The notes under the pieces are model-generated. The model did not search any database and had not been told where the DNA came from. It saw only the letters and a list, made by a program, of their open reading frames with translations. Below are positions 35,918 through 45,348 of a DNA stretch of 64,000 bases, piece by piece; the first letter of the stretch is position 1; each line of letters opens with the position of its first letter. The DNA is from Candidatus Aenigmatarchaeota archaeon (lineage in GTDB: Archaea > Aenigmatarchaeota > Aenigmatarchaeia > Aenigmatarchaeales > JACQIB01), in contig JACQIB010000001.1 of assembly GCA_016198755.1 (NCBI GenBank), positions 129,178 through 193,177 on the forward strand. Reading direction: 5' to 3'. A program made the position numbers and the translations under genes.

Positions 35918-37369
35918 ATGCTTCCTATATCCGAGTTTTCTGCCCTTGATAGGAGCGCAGAGTTTTTTGGTGTTTCAATAGCCCAGCTTATGGAAAATGC
36001 AGGCGAGGGAATTTCGAAGGAAATTTTAAAACACCATCCACCCCCACACAGGCTTTTGTTTGTATGCGGAACAGGGAATAACGGGGGAGATGGGTTTGCA
36101 GCTGCTCACAAGCTGGCTGGAAAGGGTTATGAAATCAGGATTTTTTTGGCAGAACCCACAGAAAAAATAAAAGGGAAAGAATCAAGGGAAAACTTTGAGC
36201 GCGCGAGAAAATTGGTTTCGTACGAATCAATTGAAAAGCTGTTAGACTGGGCAGATGTTGTTCTGGACTGTTTACTTGGCACGGGTTTAGAAGGAAAACC
36301 CCGCGAACCTTACTCAGGAATAATAAAAACTCTGAATAAAAGCAGGAAACTAATAATTTCCATTGATGTGCCTTCGGGCTTCCCCTCTTCCCTGTCTGTA
36401 AAACCCAGCCTGACTCTTACTCTCCATGATACAAAGGAAGGTATGAACAAAAACAACTCAGGAAAAATTATTATTGTTCCGATAGGCTTCCCTGCTGGTG
36501 TAGAGTCTATTGTAAACCCTGCAATACTCTCTCTTTTGGATTCACGTCCTGAAGAATCCCATAAAGGGCAGAACGGTTCTGTTCTTATTATAGGTGGAGG
36601 CCCCTATGTTGGCGCTCCAGCTTTAGCAGGATTAGCTGCGCAGCGCTGTGGAATTGATTTGATTTACGTTGCAGTTCCCTCTTCTGTTTTCACAGCTGTT
36701 GCAGGCTTTTCTCCAACACTTATAACAAAAGAACTCTCAGGCAATATTTTCACTGAGCATTCTGTGCACACATCACTCAATATGGCACAAAAAGCTTCTG
36801 CTGTACTTATTGGGAATGGGCTGGGAGACTCGAAAGAAACAGCCCATGCTGTGCGTTTTTTCCTAAAAAAACTGAATAAACCAGTTGTTATAGATGCAGA
36901 TGCAATTGCTGCAGTCGGGGCAGAGCCGAAAATACTGAAAGCGTTTAGGGGAAGGGCTATTGTAACTCCACATTCACACGAGTTTAAGGAACTTACAGGA
37001 AAAACAGTTCCACAGGATTTGGAAAAAAGGAAAAAGCTAGTTTCTGCTGAAGCCAAAAAGCTTGGCTGTACAATACTGCTTAAAGGTAGGACAGATGTTA
37101 TTTCCAACGGGGCAGAAACAAAAACCAATATAACAGGTTCCCGTGCAATGGCTGTTGGAGGAACAGGAGATACTTTAGCAGGAATAACAGCAGCTTTTCT
37201 ATCCAAGGGTTTAGAACCTGTCAAAGCAGCAGAAGCAGCAGCTTTTGTAAATGGATATGCAGGAGAGCTTGCAACCGCAGAGTATGGTCTATCCATGGCT
37301 GCAACTGATTTAATATGGAAAATTCCAGATGTTTTCAAGAAGTTTCTGCCAGAGTGGACAGAAAAATAG
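35918..37369 (+). CDS. nnr: Bifunctional NAD(P)H-hydrate epimerase/dehydratase
   Basis: LMENAG, GNNGGDG, DVPSG, SHKG, DADA, TPH..EF, GGTGDTLAG. Confidence 0.95.
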   Translation: MLPISEFSALDRSAEFFGVSIAQLMENAGEGISKEILKHHPPPHRLLFVCGTGNNGGDGFAAAHKLAGKGYEIRIFLAEPTEKIKGKESRENFERARKLVSYESIEKLLDWADVVLDCLLGTGLEGKPREPYSGIIKTLNKSRKLIISIDVPSGFPSSLSVKPSLTLTLHDTKEGMNKNNSGKIIIVPIGFPAGVESIVNPAILSLLDSRPEESHKGQNGSVLIIGGGPYVGAPALAGLAAQRCGIDLIYVAVPSSVFTAVAGFSPTLITKELSGNIFTEHSVHTSLNMAQKASAVLIGNGLGDSKETAHAVRFFLKKLNKPVVIDADAIAAVGAEPKILKAFRGRAIVTPHSHEFKELTGKTVPQDLEKRKKLVSAEAKKLGCTILLKGRTDVISNGAETKTNITGSRAMAVGGTGDTLAGITAAFLSKGLEPVKAAEAAAFVNGYAGELATAEYGLSMAATDLIWKIPDVFKKFLPEWTEK

Positions 37370-37400
37370 ATTTTTATATCAGCTTGTGTAACAAATAGTT

Positions 37401-38036
37401 ATGAAAAACATATATTTTCTTCTTGCGACCCTTGCAATAGCAGTTGTTTTCACAGCAGGCTGCACTTCTCAAACACCCAACAAAACCAGCACAACCCTTC
37501 CTGCAGCATATACAGGCTCAATTGAACCCTGCAAACCTCCCACTTCTGTTACTCCCTCCTCAGAATTAATAAATTTCAAAAGCTTAGATTCAGGTTTTAA
37601 TTTTAACTATCCTGCAGTATGGGATAAGGGAGATTGGCAGATTCTTATAGTTTTTGGAGACCCTTCTTTCAGCTCTGATTCTGAGGGTCATCCAGAGGTT
37701 TCAGTTTCTTCCCATTTATCCCTCGGAACCTCATCAGAAACTCCAACGCTTGAAAAGTATACAGGTTACATGCTGGATTTGATACAGAACAGGGCGCGGG
37801 AGATTGTTAAGGATTCGAAAATATGCTCCACAACCCTTGGGGGGGAAAAAGCCCACAGGCTTGTGTATGATTTGTATAATGATGCTGACAGACCAAACTT
37901 TGCAATAACACAGACAAATGTTTATACTGTTAAAAACGGAAAAATATATGGTATTACATACAGTGTATACAAGGAAAGCTTTTCTAAATACCTGCCAGAC
38001 TTTGAGGCTATTTCCGCTTCTTTCCAGATGAAATAG
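37401..38036 (+). CDS. Lipoprotein with a PsbP/Mog1-like domain
   Basis: Lipobox FTAGC; FNYPAVW, TTLGGEKAH, YGITY, FEAISASF. Confidence 0.75.
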   Translation: MKNIYFLLATLAIAVVFTAGCTSQTPNKTSTTLPAAYTGSIEPCKPPTSVTPSSELINFKSLDSGFNFNYPAVWDKGDWQILIVFGDPSFSSDSEGHPEVSVSSHLSLGTSSETPTLEKYTGYMLDLIQNRAREIVKDSKICSTTLGGEKAHRLVYDLYNDADRPNFAITQTNVYTVKNGKIYGITYSVYKESFSKYLPDFEAISASFQMK

Positions 38037-39291
38037 GCTTTTTTTCTGTTCTCGGTTTAGATCTCAAATATCCTTTTATTGCATCGTTCACGGGGTTTTT
38101 GCACCCCTGTGCACAGTGCACTTCCCCTGCACAAAGTCCAATAGATTTGTAAAACAAATCATTCTCGCAGTTTGGTGGCAGCCTTTCTGTGCGGGAGTGC
38201 CACTTGAGCTGTGTTCTTACAAACCTCTCAGGCAATCCAACCGTTCTCCCCCATTCCAATACTCTTTTTTCAATCTGTTCCCCGCCCCAATTCACAGACT
38301 GCAAAAATGAAATGATAGTGAAAACAGACCTTTTCCTTCCATCTGGCAGGCCTGCAAGCATTTTCTTAATACAAGGTGGAAAATACTGCTCAGGAACAGT
38401 TTCAGAGAATTTTCCTTTCGGCTTTTTCGTTTCCATCGCAGGTTCAGGCTTTATTTTTGCAAACCAATCCAGTGACTGTAAAAGCAATTCAGTTCCCTCC
38501 CCCACTTTACTTTCTAGGAAAGGCGCTTCAACTTTTATTTTTTCCGGTACAGCTTGCTCTGGCGAGAAGGAGCGTAGCTTAAACAGTCTAATAGGGAGGG
38601 AAACCAGCCAGGTTCCAGAGTGCAGAGAATAAGGAGCTCTGAACAGGTGACGCGAACCCCAGTTCTCTTCAACTTCCACAAACAAATAAGGGTTCAGTTC
38701 CGAGACAGAAGGCAAAAGTGAGGTAAGTGCTGAAACACCCCCCTCTGTTTCCACAAGCGCATCAAAAATTCTTCCCTTTACTTTTTCTTTGATAAACCTG
38801 CAAATAGCTCTCGGGGCTTCAGGATAGCGGGAACTCAAAGATTTGAAATCCAGAGCAGGCGGAAAAGCCTCTGCAGAAACAGCAATATGGAATCCTCTCC
38901 TTCCTGAGAACTTTACTGTAGGCTGTACTCCAATCTCTTTCAAAAAATCCACAATAACAACAGCAGCAGTTCTCCCATGTTCCAGCTTTATTTTGCTGTC
39001 TATATCAATAATCAAATCCCAGCTCTTTCTCAGCTCATCCAGTTCTGTGGAAGAAAGTTTTGTGCTCAACTGAAGAGGGTTTGTCCAGTGTTCTACAGAG
39101 CAGTGGAAAGCAACAGCACCCCGTTTCACCCTTTCCAAAATATCCTTTGGGTAAAGCAGGTTATCAGGCCTTTTCATATAGGAACCATCAGTAAATGCAC
39201 CCACAACTTCCCTTTCCCTCCCAACAGAAAGAAGCGCTTTCTGTATTTGCTGGGATGAATAGTGCTTTAGAATTTCCTCTGGAGAGAGCAT
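38008..39291 (-). CDS. Fused DNA primase (PriS catalytic domain plus PriL Fe-S domain)
   Basis: DLIIDID, FSGRRGFH and RAPYSLH (AEP), followed by FPPCI...DGRKR...PPNC...C..C (PriL C-terminal domain). Confidence 0.9.
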   Translation of the reverse strand: MLSPEEILKHYSSQQIQKALLSVGREREVVGAFTDGSYMKRPDNLLYPKDILERVKRGAVAFHCSVEHWTNPLQLSTKLSSTELDELRKSWDLIIDIDSKIKLEHGRTAAVVIVDFLKEIGVQPTVKFSGRRGFHIAVSAEAFPPALDFKSLSSRYPEAPRAICRFIKEKVKGRIFDALVETEGGVSALTSLLPSVSELNPYLFVEVEENWGSRHLFRAPYSLHSGTWLVSLPIRLFKLRSFSPEQAVPEKIKVEAPFLESKVGEGTELLLQSLDWFAKIKPEPAMETKKPKGKFSETVPEQYFPPCIKKMLAGLPDGRKRSVFTIISFLQSVNWGGEQIEKRVLEWGRTVGLPERFVRTQLKWHSRTERLPPNCENDLFYKSIGLCAGEVHCAQGCKNPVNDAIKGYLRSKPRTEKKPISSGKKRK

Positions 39292-39343
39292 ACACAAGCT
39301 TTATTCACAAGCCTTTAAAAGCCTGTGCTTACAATTGCTGGTC

Positions 39344-40279
39344 ATGGACAAGGAAGAGCTGTTGCAGCAGGAAGTTGAAGACTTTAGAGTAGGAAAAGAG
39401 ACAGTTGCAGAACTTGTTGATAAAATGCACTCTGCAGGTGGTTTCTCATCCAAGAATTTGGCAACAGCTGTAAACATACTGAAAAGCATGAATTCTGATA
39501 ACTGTAAAAAAGTTCTTTCATTTACAGCAGATTTGATTGCCACCGGATTAAGGGGAGTTATAGCGCAAATGATTGAACAGGGTATGGTTGATGTTATAAT
39601 AACAACCTGCGGAACTTTAGATCATGATTTAGCAAGAGCATGGGGAGGCAAATACTATCATGGTAGTTTTGAGCTGGATGACCATGAATTGCAGAAATTG
39701 GGGATAAACAGGCTCGGTAATGTTTTGGTTCCGAATGAAAGCTATGGTACAATTTTAGAGGAAAAAATGCAGCCTATCCTTTCTGAGTTATCAAAGCAAA
39801 AAGCCGAGTGGGGCCCGCGCGAGCTTATACATGAGTTTGGATTAAGAGTGAATGACAAAAACTCAATTCTATATCAGGCAGCCAAAAAGAATATACCAGT
39901 CTATGTTCCAGGTATAACTGACGGGGCTTTCGGTGCCAATCTAGTCTGGTTTTCTCAGGAGAACAAATTTAAAGTTGATGTTTTGAAAGATGAAAGGGAA
40001 CTGGCAGATATTTTCTTTTCTAAATCCAAGTTTGGCGCACTAATGCTCGGGGGAGGAATAAGCAAGCACCACACAATCTGGTGGTCCCAGTTTGCAAACG
40101 GCTTGCAGTATGCTGTGCAAATAACAACAGCAACCCAGTACGATGGCTCTCTGAGCGGAGCCAGATTGAAGGAGGCAGTGAGCTGGGGAAAGGTTGCCCA
40201 AACAGCCAAATATGTTAATGTGGACGGGGATGTGACAATTTTACTTCCATTAATTATCTCTGCTATACTTGAAAAATAA
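39344..40279 (+). CDS. dys: Deoxyhypusine synthase
   Basis: TGLRG, INRLGN, GGGISKHH, DGSLSGA..EAVSWGK. Confidence 0.96.
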   Translation: MDKEELLQQEVEDFRVGKETVAELVDKMHSAGGFSSKNLATAVNILKSMNSDNCKKVLSFTADLIATGLRGVIAQMIEQGMVDVIITTCGTLDHDLARAWGGKYYHGSFELDDHELQKLGINRLGNVLVPNESYGTILEEKMQPILSELSKQKAEWGPRELIHEFGLRVNDKNSILYQAAKKNIPVYVPGITDGAFGANLVWFSQENKFKVDVLKDERELADIFFSKSKFGALMLGGGISKHHTIWWSQFANGLQYAVQITTATQYDGSLSGARLKEAVSWGKVAQTAKYVNVDGDVTILLPLIISAILEK

Positions 40280-40282
40280 ATT

Positions 40283-41029
40283 TTAGTCCTCAGAAACTCT
40301 GGGAGCCAAAATGAACGTAATTTTGGCAGCTCCCCCGTCAAATTCCATTTTCATGGGATAATCATTTCCAATAAAAATCCTTGCTTTTTCTGACAGTTTT
40401 TCAGCCTTTACCATTTTCTTCAAGTATTCTAACGGGTAGCGGGATTTTACAGGCTGTGAAGCCTTTATCCCTGTTAATGCAGGAGATCCTTTTTCCAGCT
40501 TAAGCTCTGTTGCAGACGCATCTGTCTGCGCAGCAATTCTAAATCCTTCCCCAATCTCAAAAATAACAGAATCAGCAACAGTGTCAGCATCTGCAACACC
40601 CTCAGTTAAAATCCCTGAGGAAATTTCTACTCCAGCAGGGAACTCAAACTGTGTTGTAGAAGGTGTTTCCCCATGCGGTATATCCAGCACAGGAATTGAA
40701 AAGTTTCTTACAGACTCCCCTTTTAATGTTACCTCAACCTTGTTCCCTGCACCAGCTCTTATCATTACCTTATCCTGCGGTCCAGCCCTTTTCAATATTG
40801 TTAGAAAATTCAAAAGGTTTAAGCCAACAGCAACCTCAGAATCTGCCTGTAAACTCTCAAAAGCTTGTGGCCCAATTTTCAAATCCACAACAGCTACAAC
40901 AGCCCTGTCAGCAGCTATCAATTCAATCCCCTGCGGTCCCATCTTGAATATTCCCTCATCTATTATCTGGGCTACAGTATCTATAGTGTCCCTCAAAAGC
41001 TTCGGATCAGGTGCTATTGCTGTAAACAT
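40283..41029 (-). CDS. pcn: PCNA sliding clamp
   Basis: IIDEGIF, ADRAVVAVV, YPLEYL, DYPMKMEF, ILAPRV. Confidence 0.95.
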   Translation of the reverse strand: MFTAIAPDPKLLRDTIDTVAQIIDEGIFKMGPQGIELIAADRAVVAVVDLKIGPQAFESLQADSEVAVGLNLLNFLTILKRAGPQDKVMIRAGAGNKVEVTLKGESVRNFSIPVLDIPHGETPSTTQFEFPAGVEISSGILTEGVADADTVADSVIFEIGEGFRIAAQTDASATELKLEKGSPALTGIKASQPVKSRYPLEYLKKMVKAEKLSEKARIFIGNDYPMKMEFDGGAAKITFILAPRVSED

Positions 41030-41126
41030 ACAAAACCAACTCTAAACTATGTGTTTTCAATATTTATATCCTTTCTTTTTCCATACCGCGCAGTCTATTT
41101 ATGCTTTTTCTTCCCTTATTTTTACT

Positions 41127-42503
41127 ATGGATATAGAAGCCTTGGATAGATTTTCCAGAGATGTTCTTCCAGAGTTTGCATCTGATTTGGGAGGCTTGGT
41201 ACAGATACCAAGCATAAGCGGGGATCCTGTACATTCTGAAGATGTTAGGAAATGTGCAGAGGCTCTTTTAGGTTTCTTGAATAGAACTGGTGCTGATCAT
41301 AGGTTGATAGAAACCGAGGGGCATCCAGCAGTTTTCGGCTCCCTGACTGTAGACGAAAAAAAGCCCACAATTCTTGTTTACAACCACTATGATGTACAAC
41401 CGCCTGGTGAGGGTAAATGGGAATTGGAACCTTTTTCAGGAAAATTAAAGGATGGAGCTGTACATGGACGAGGCGCGACAGATGATAAGGGACCACTTTT
41501 GGCAACTATTGAAACAGTAGATTACTTGAACGGAATAGAAGAGCTTAATGTAAACTTACGTTTTATTTTTGAAGGGGAAGAAGAGAGTGGCAGCCCAAAC
41601 TTTTCTAACGCTCTTAAACAATCAGGAATCGGTGCAAATGATATAGATGGAATTTTGCTTTGTGATACGGTTTGGATGAACGGAAGGCCAACAATAACCT
41701 ACTCCCTTCGTGGTCTTGTCTATGCTGAGATGACTTATAGGTCAGCTAAAGCTCCAGTGCACTCTGGCTTAGTTGGTGGTGCAGTTAAAAACCCGCTTAC
41801 AGTACTTTCCAACGCAATAGCTGCTTGCGATAAAGCATATCGCAATAATCCTAGTGGCGATTTCCTTGATGAAGATGTTGCAGAACCTACAGAAGAAGAG
41901 CTACAAGCATTAGATAATCTGAATTTCGATGCAGAGCGGTTTTTGCGTGATACTGGAATAACAAGACCCACAACCCTAAACTCTTTGACTATGCTCAAAA
42001 GATTATGGATGCAGCCTACAATTGAAGCTCATGGATTTATAGGAGGCTATACAGGTCCAGCTTCTTCAACAGTTATTCCAGATTCTGCAACAGCAAAGAT
42101 AAGCATGCGGCTGGTTCCAAATCAGGATCCGAATAAGGCTGCAAAGACTTTATCCGATAATATAAAAAAGGTAGATGAAGATATAGAGATTAAGTTTACA
42201 AAATCTATACCTCCATTTAAAACCAGAACAGACCATCCCTATATGAAAGCTGCTCATTCGGCTGCTGAACAGGGGTTTGGTATAATTCCAGCATATGTTG
42301 GTTGCGGGGGCAGCATAGGAGCGGTACCAGCTTTCTTAGAATATTTTGGCCAGAGGCCAATTGTAATGCTTGCAATGAGCACAGAAAGAGATAGCTACCA
42401 TGGACCAAATGAAAAGTTTGAATTACAGCAGGCAGCCGGTGGTATAAGAACAGTTGGCAGATTCTTAGACAATGTGGGAAAAATGGGAAGAACTGTGGCC
42501 TAA
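41127..42503 (+). CDS. M20 family metallopeptidase/dipeptidase
   Basis: HYDVQP, GRGATDDKGP, EGEEESGS, HSG, GGSI, HGPNEK. Confidence 0.92.
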   Translation: MDIEALDRFSRDVLPEFASDLGGLVQIPSISGDPVHSEDVRKCAEALLGFLNRTGADHRLIETEGHPAVFGSLTVDEKKPTILVYNHYDVQPPGEGKWELEPFSGKLKDGAVHGRGATDDKGPLLATIETVDYLNGIEELNVNLRFIFEGEEESGSPNFSNALKQSGIGANDIDGILLCDTVWMNGRPTITYSLRGLVYAEMTYRSAKAPVHSGLVGGAVKNPLTVLSNAIAACDKAYRNNPSGDFLDEDVAEPTEEELQALDNLNFDAERFLRDTGITRPTTLNSLTMLKRLWMQPTIEAHGFIGGYTGPASSTVIPDSATAKISMRLVPNQDPNKAAKTLSDNIKKVDEDIEIKFTKSIPPFKTRTDHPYMKAAHSAAEQGFGIIPAYVGCGGSIGAVPAFLEYFGQRPIVMLAMSTERDSYHGPNEKFELQQAAGGIRTVGRFLDNVGKMGRTVA

Positions 42504-42826
42504 GCCTCCCTGGCCTTCCTGTAAAGCTCTAAATTGAAACCTTCCAAGTCCTGCACAGCTTCCCCCCTGCACTCAAACCCTTCTAACAACGGCAAAACTC
42601 TTGCCACAACCCTTACTCTCTTTCCAACTCCAGCTGAGCCTATAAGGTCAGGGTTCTCAAAAACAACTTCAGTCTTTCCAGTTCCATCATCCACTATTAT
42701 TGAGCTGTCATCAGCAGCAATAACAGTCCCGAGCAAGCGCACGCGCACATCCTTTTCAGGATCCACATCAGATATACTCTTCTCAACAGCAGGAAGCTTT
42801 CTCTTGGGTAATTGTGCCTGTTCCAT
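42500..42826 (-). CDS. Single OB-fold replication protein A small subunit
   Basis: RVRLLGTV, VDDGTG, RVRVVARV, VQDLEGFNLELY. Confidence 0.8.
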   Translation of the reverse strand: MEQAQLPKRKLPAVEKSISDVDPEKDVRVRLLGTVIAADDSSIIVDDGTGKTEVVFENPDLIGSAGVGKRVRVVARVLPLLEGFECRGEAVQDLEGFNLELYRKAREA

Positions 42827-42906
42827 GTGAAGCTTTTGTGCCCAAAAGAATAAATAGGCAGGTTGGGAAGGGCAGCTTTAAAAGCCAAAAAAACAATAAA
42901 ACTCAC

Positions 42907-43713
42907 ATGGTTCTGGAATCTCTTTTCCCTGCAAAGGATATTGTGAACAAGCCAATAGACATGTTAATACTCTCGTTTATAGTGGCTATAGCCTGCGTTT
43001 TTATTTCCTATTTTATTTTTCCTTCCTATGCCGGAATTATAGCACCACTTTTGGTTACAGTTGCCATGACACCAGTTGTTTACAGGATTTTTAGCATAGA
43101 GGAAGAGGTTGAAAGGGACGAGGCAGAGAAAAAGCTAACACTCACATTTTTCCAGAGGCACAGGGAAACAATATTGCTCTTTTCCCTGTTTTTTATAGGC
43201 AATTTCCTTGCTATTTTCCTTCTGGCCCTTGTTTTGCCGCAGGAGGTTGCAACATCGGCTTTCTCACAGCAGATAGCTGAAATAAAGCTTATTAAATCAG
43301 TTTCAGCCTCTGCCACTGGTTCTGCAACTTCAGATGCGTTCTTTGCAATAATAACCATGAATAACCTGAAGGTTATGATTTTCTCCTTCCTTATATCCCT
43401 CTTTATTGTAACTGGTTCCTTTTTTATTTTGAGCTGGAACGCTTCTATAATAGCAATATATTTAGCCAGTTTTATTAGACAGGGCTATATTGATGATTTC
43501 TTTTCCCGTTCCCTTGGAATTTTACCGCACGCTCCTGTAGAAATGCTGGCATACTTTTTAGCTGGTATAGCAGGCGGAATTCTATCTTTAGGATTGGTCA
43601 GGGAAAAGCTCTGGAGTCCTGAATTTAGGCTAATCCTCCGAGACTCTGTACTTTTAATGGGACTTTCAATTGCAGCAGTTTTTGCAGGTGCTGTACTAGA
43701 AGTCTGGGCATGA
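42907..43713 (+). CDS. SpoIIM/DUF95-like membrane protein
   Basis: NNLKV, WNAS, LPHAPVE.LAY, final AVLE; multi-TM. Confidence 0.85.
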   Translation: MVLESLFPAKDIVNKPIDMLILSFIVAIACVFISYFIFPSYAGIIAPLLVTVAMTPVVYRIFSIEEEVERDEAEKKLTLTFFQRHRETILLFSLFFIGNFLAIFLLALVLPQEVATSAFSQQIAEIKLIKSVSASATGSATSDAFFAIITMNNLKVMIFSFLISLFIVTGSFFILSWNASIIAIYLASFIRQGYIDDFFSRSLGILPHAPVEMLAYFLAGIAGGILSLGLVREKLWSPEFRLILRDSVLLMGLSIAAVFAGAVLEVWA

Positions 43714-43725
43714 CAAATACAGGCG

Positions 43726-44118
43726 CTAGATGCCCCCGCCTTCTAAATTTAGCTTGCCCATTCCCATCTGCATACCCCTTTGTTCCTGCTTATGCTCAGC
43801 TCTGGCAATCATTGTAGGTGTATATCTCAGCAAGGCTATACAAACAAGTCCCAATTCTGCAGCTCTTCTCAGATTCTCCGGAACGTAATTATACAGCAGT
43901 TCAGAATAGACAAATGCCTCTCCCACAGAGTGCCCAACAGCCCCCAGTTTAGTAGAAGCTGAAGCTGTCATACATTTCCATCCCCGTTCTTGTTCCAGAT
44001 AATCATGTGCAGTTCCTGGCCAAAAGAAATATTCTTTCACACCCCTGCCAATGTATTTGACTCCTTTTTTTAAAGTCTCCCCAATTCTAGGTTTACTTGG
44101 TATTGTTGTTTCTGCCAT
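43726..44118 (-). CDS. Hypothetical protein
   Basis: 130-aa ORF with upstream TTTAAAA. Confidence 0.6.
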   Translation of the reverse strand: MAETTIPSKPRIGETLKKGVKYIGRGVKEYFFWPGTAHDYLEQERGWKCMTASASTKLGAVGHSVGEAFVYSELLYNYVPENLRRAAELGLVCIALLRYTPTMIARAEHKQEQRGMQMGMGKLNLEGGGI

Positions 44119-44203
44119 ATTCTCATTTGAACAAAAAAGCTTTTAAACCTTTCAAAAACTGGTGGACCCCTGCTTTTTATTCTTGTGAAAGCAACCCCAA
44201 GCT

Positions 44204-44647
44204 ATGGAAACCCACATGGTTGTATCAGCCTATATTGTCTATAATAACAAAGTTCTTTTAATCCACCACAAGAAGCTGGATATGTGGCTCCCTGTTGGTG
44301 GGCATATAGAAGAGAATGAAGTTCCTGATGATGCTATTCTAAGGGAAATAAAAGAGGAGGTTGGTATAGAGGCAGAAATACTAAATATTTCAGACCTCCC
44401 AATTGTTGGCTCAGTCAAAAGGAACCTCCACATACCTTTCTATGTTAATGTACATAATGTAGGTGACCATAATCATTGTTGTTTATATTATTTGTGCAAA
44501 CCCCTAAACCCTGAAAACCTGAAAATAAGCGAAGAGCTCAAAGGCTTTCGCTGGCTCTCCCGCGAGGAGCTTTCTGGTCCTGATGTATCGCCAGAAATTA
44601 AGAACAGTGCCAAAAAAGCTTTAGATATATTCTCAAAATTTGTCTAA
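44204..44647 (+). CDS. Nudix hydrolase
   Basis: HHKKLDMWLPVGGHIEENE.PDDAILREIKEEVG. Confidence 0.92.
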   Translation: METHMVVSAYIVYNNKVLLIHHKKLDMWLPVGGHIEENEVPDDAILREIKEEVGIEAEILNISDLPIVGSVKRNLHIPFYVNVHNVGDHNHCCLYYLCKPLNPENLKISEELKGFRWLSREELSGPDVSPEIKNSAKKALDIFSKFV

Positions 44648-44666
44648 TGGTGGGTCACTGTGATTT
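44647..44666. repeat. Degenerate direct repeat of the tRNA-Pro 3' end (att-like scar)
   Basis: ATGGTGGG-TCA-CTGTGATTT versus ATGGTGGG-CCCG-CTGTGATTT at 45180-45200. Confidence 0.75.
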
Positions 44667-44705
44667 TACACAAACTTTATAAGTTGTGTGTTACATAGAT
44701 ATATT

Positions 44706-44915
44706 ATGCATTTGAAACCAGAAAAGAACATATACAACAGACTTAGCCAATTACAAAAAGACATAAGGCATGTTAAGACTGATGTGGATATGATAAAGGC
44801 AGTAATAATTGAAGATACTCTACTTACAAAGGAGGAAAAGGCTCATATAGAAAAGAGCATGGAAAACCTAAAGAAAGGGAAAACGGCAGAGTTTATACCA
44901 TTAAATGAAATCTGA
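44706..44915 (+). CDS. Putative type II antitoxin
   Basis: Short ORF ending LTKEE..IE.S...KKGK..FIPLNEI, 5 nt before the RelE gene. Confidence 0.75.
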   Translation: MHLKPEKNIYNRLSQLQKDIRHVKTDVDMIKAVIIEDTLLTKEEKAHIEKSMENLKKGKTAEFIPLNEI

Positions 44916-44920
44916 TACAA

Positions 44921-45175
44921 ATGTTTAACATACTCCTCCACAAGGATGTTGTAAAATTTCTAAAATTCCTTGATAAAGAGTTGCAAGATAGAATAAAGAA
45001 AAAGCTTAGGGTGCTTGAAACAGATCCTTATCCAGCAGGATGTATAAAGCTTGCAGGAACCAGGAATATGTTCAGGTTAAGGGTGGGTAATTACAGAGTT
45101 CTGTATTATGTTGATTACGACAGCTCTACGATAGTTATTGATAAGATAGATAAAAGGAGCAGTGTTTACAACTAA
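44921..45175 (+). CDS. RelE/ParE family toxin
   Basis: RIKKKL..L..DPYP...KL.G....FRLRVGNYRVLY...IDKRSSVY. Confidence 0.92.
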   Translation: MFNILLHKDVVKFLKFLDKELQDRIKKKLRVLETDPYPAGCIKLAGTRNMFRLRVGNYRVLYYVDYDSSTIVIDKIDKRSSVYN

Positions 45176-45180
45176 ACTTA

Positions 45181-45326
45181 TGGTGGGCCCGCTGTGATTT
45201 GAATTCCTGGGCATCTTGCGCCGCACAGGTCGCGAGGTCCCGAACCTCGAATCCTACCATTCTAGCATGCGAAGTTGTGCTGGAATCCAGCGAAGCTTGC
45301 TTCGCACGAAGCTAGACTACGGGCCC
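45181..45326 (-). tRNA. tRNA-Pro(CGG) with a 50-nt D-loop intron (45260-45309) and a 20-nt intron at 53/54 (45204-45223); CCA encoded
   Basis: GGGCCCG/CGGGCCC, CGAGG-UUCGGGA-CCUCG, CUGUG|UUCAAAU-CACAG; BHB central helices CUAG/CUAG and CCUG/CAGG. Confidence 0.9.
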
Positions 45327-45348
45327 AAACACTATTCTACAAACTAAC

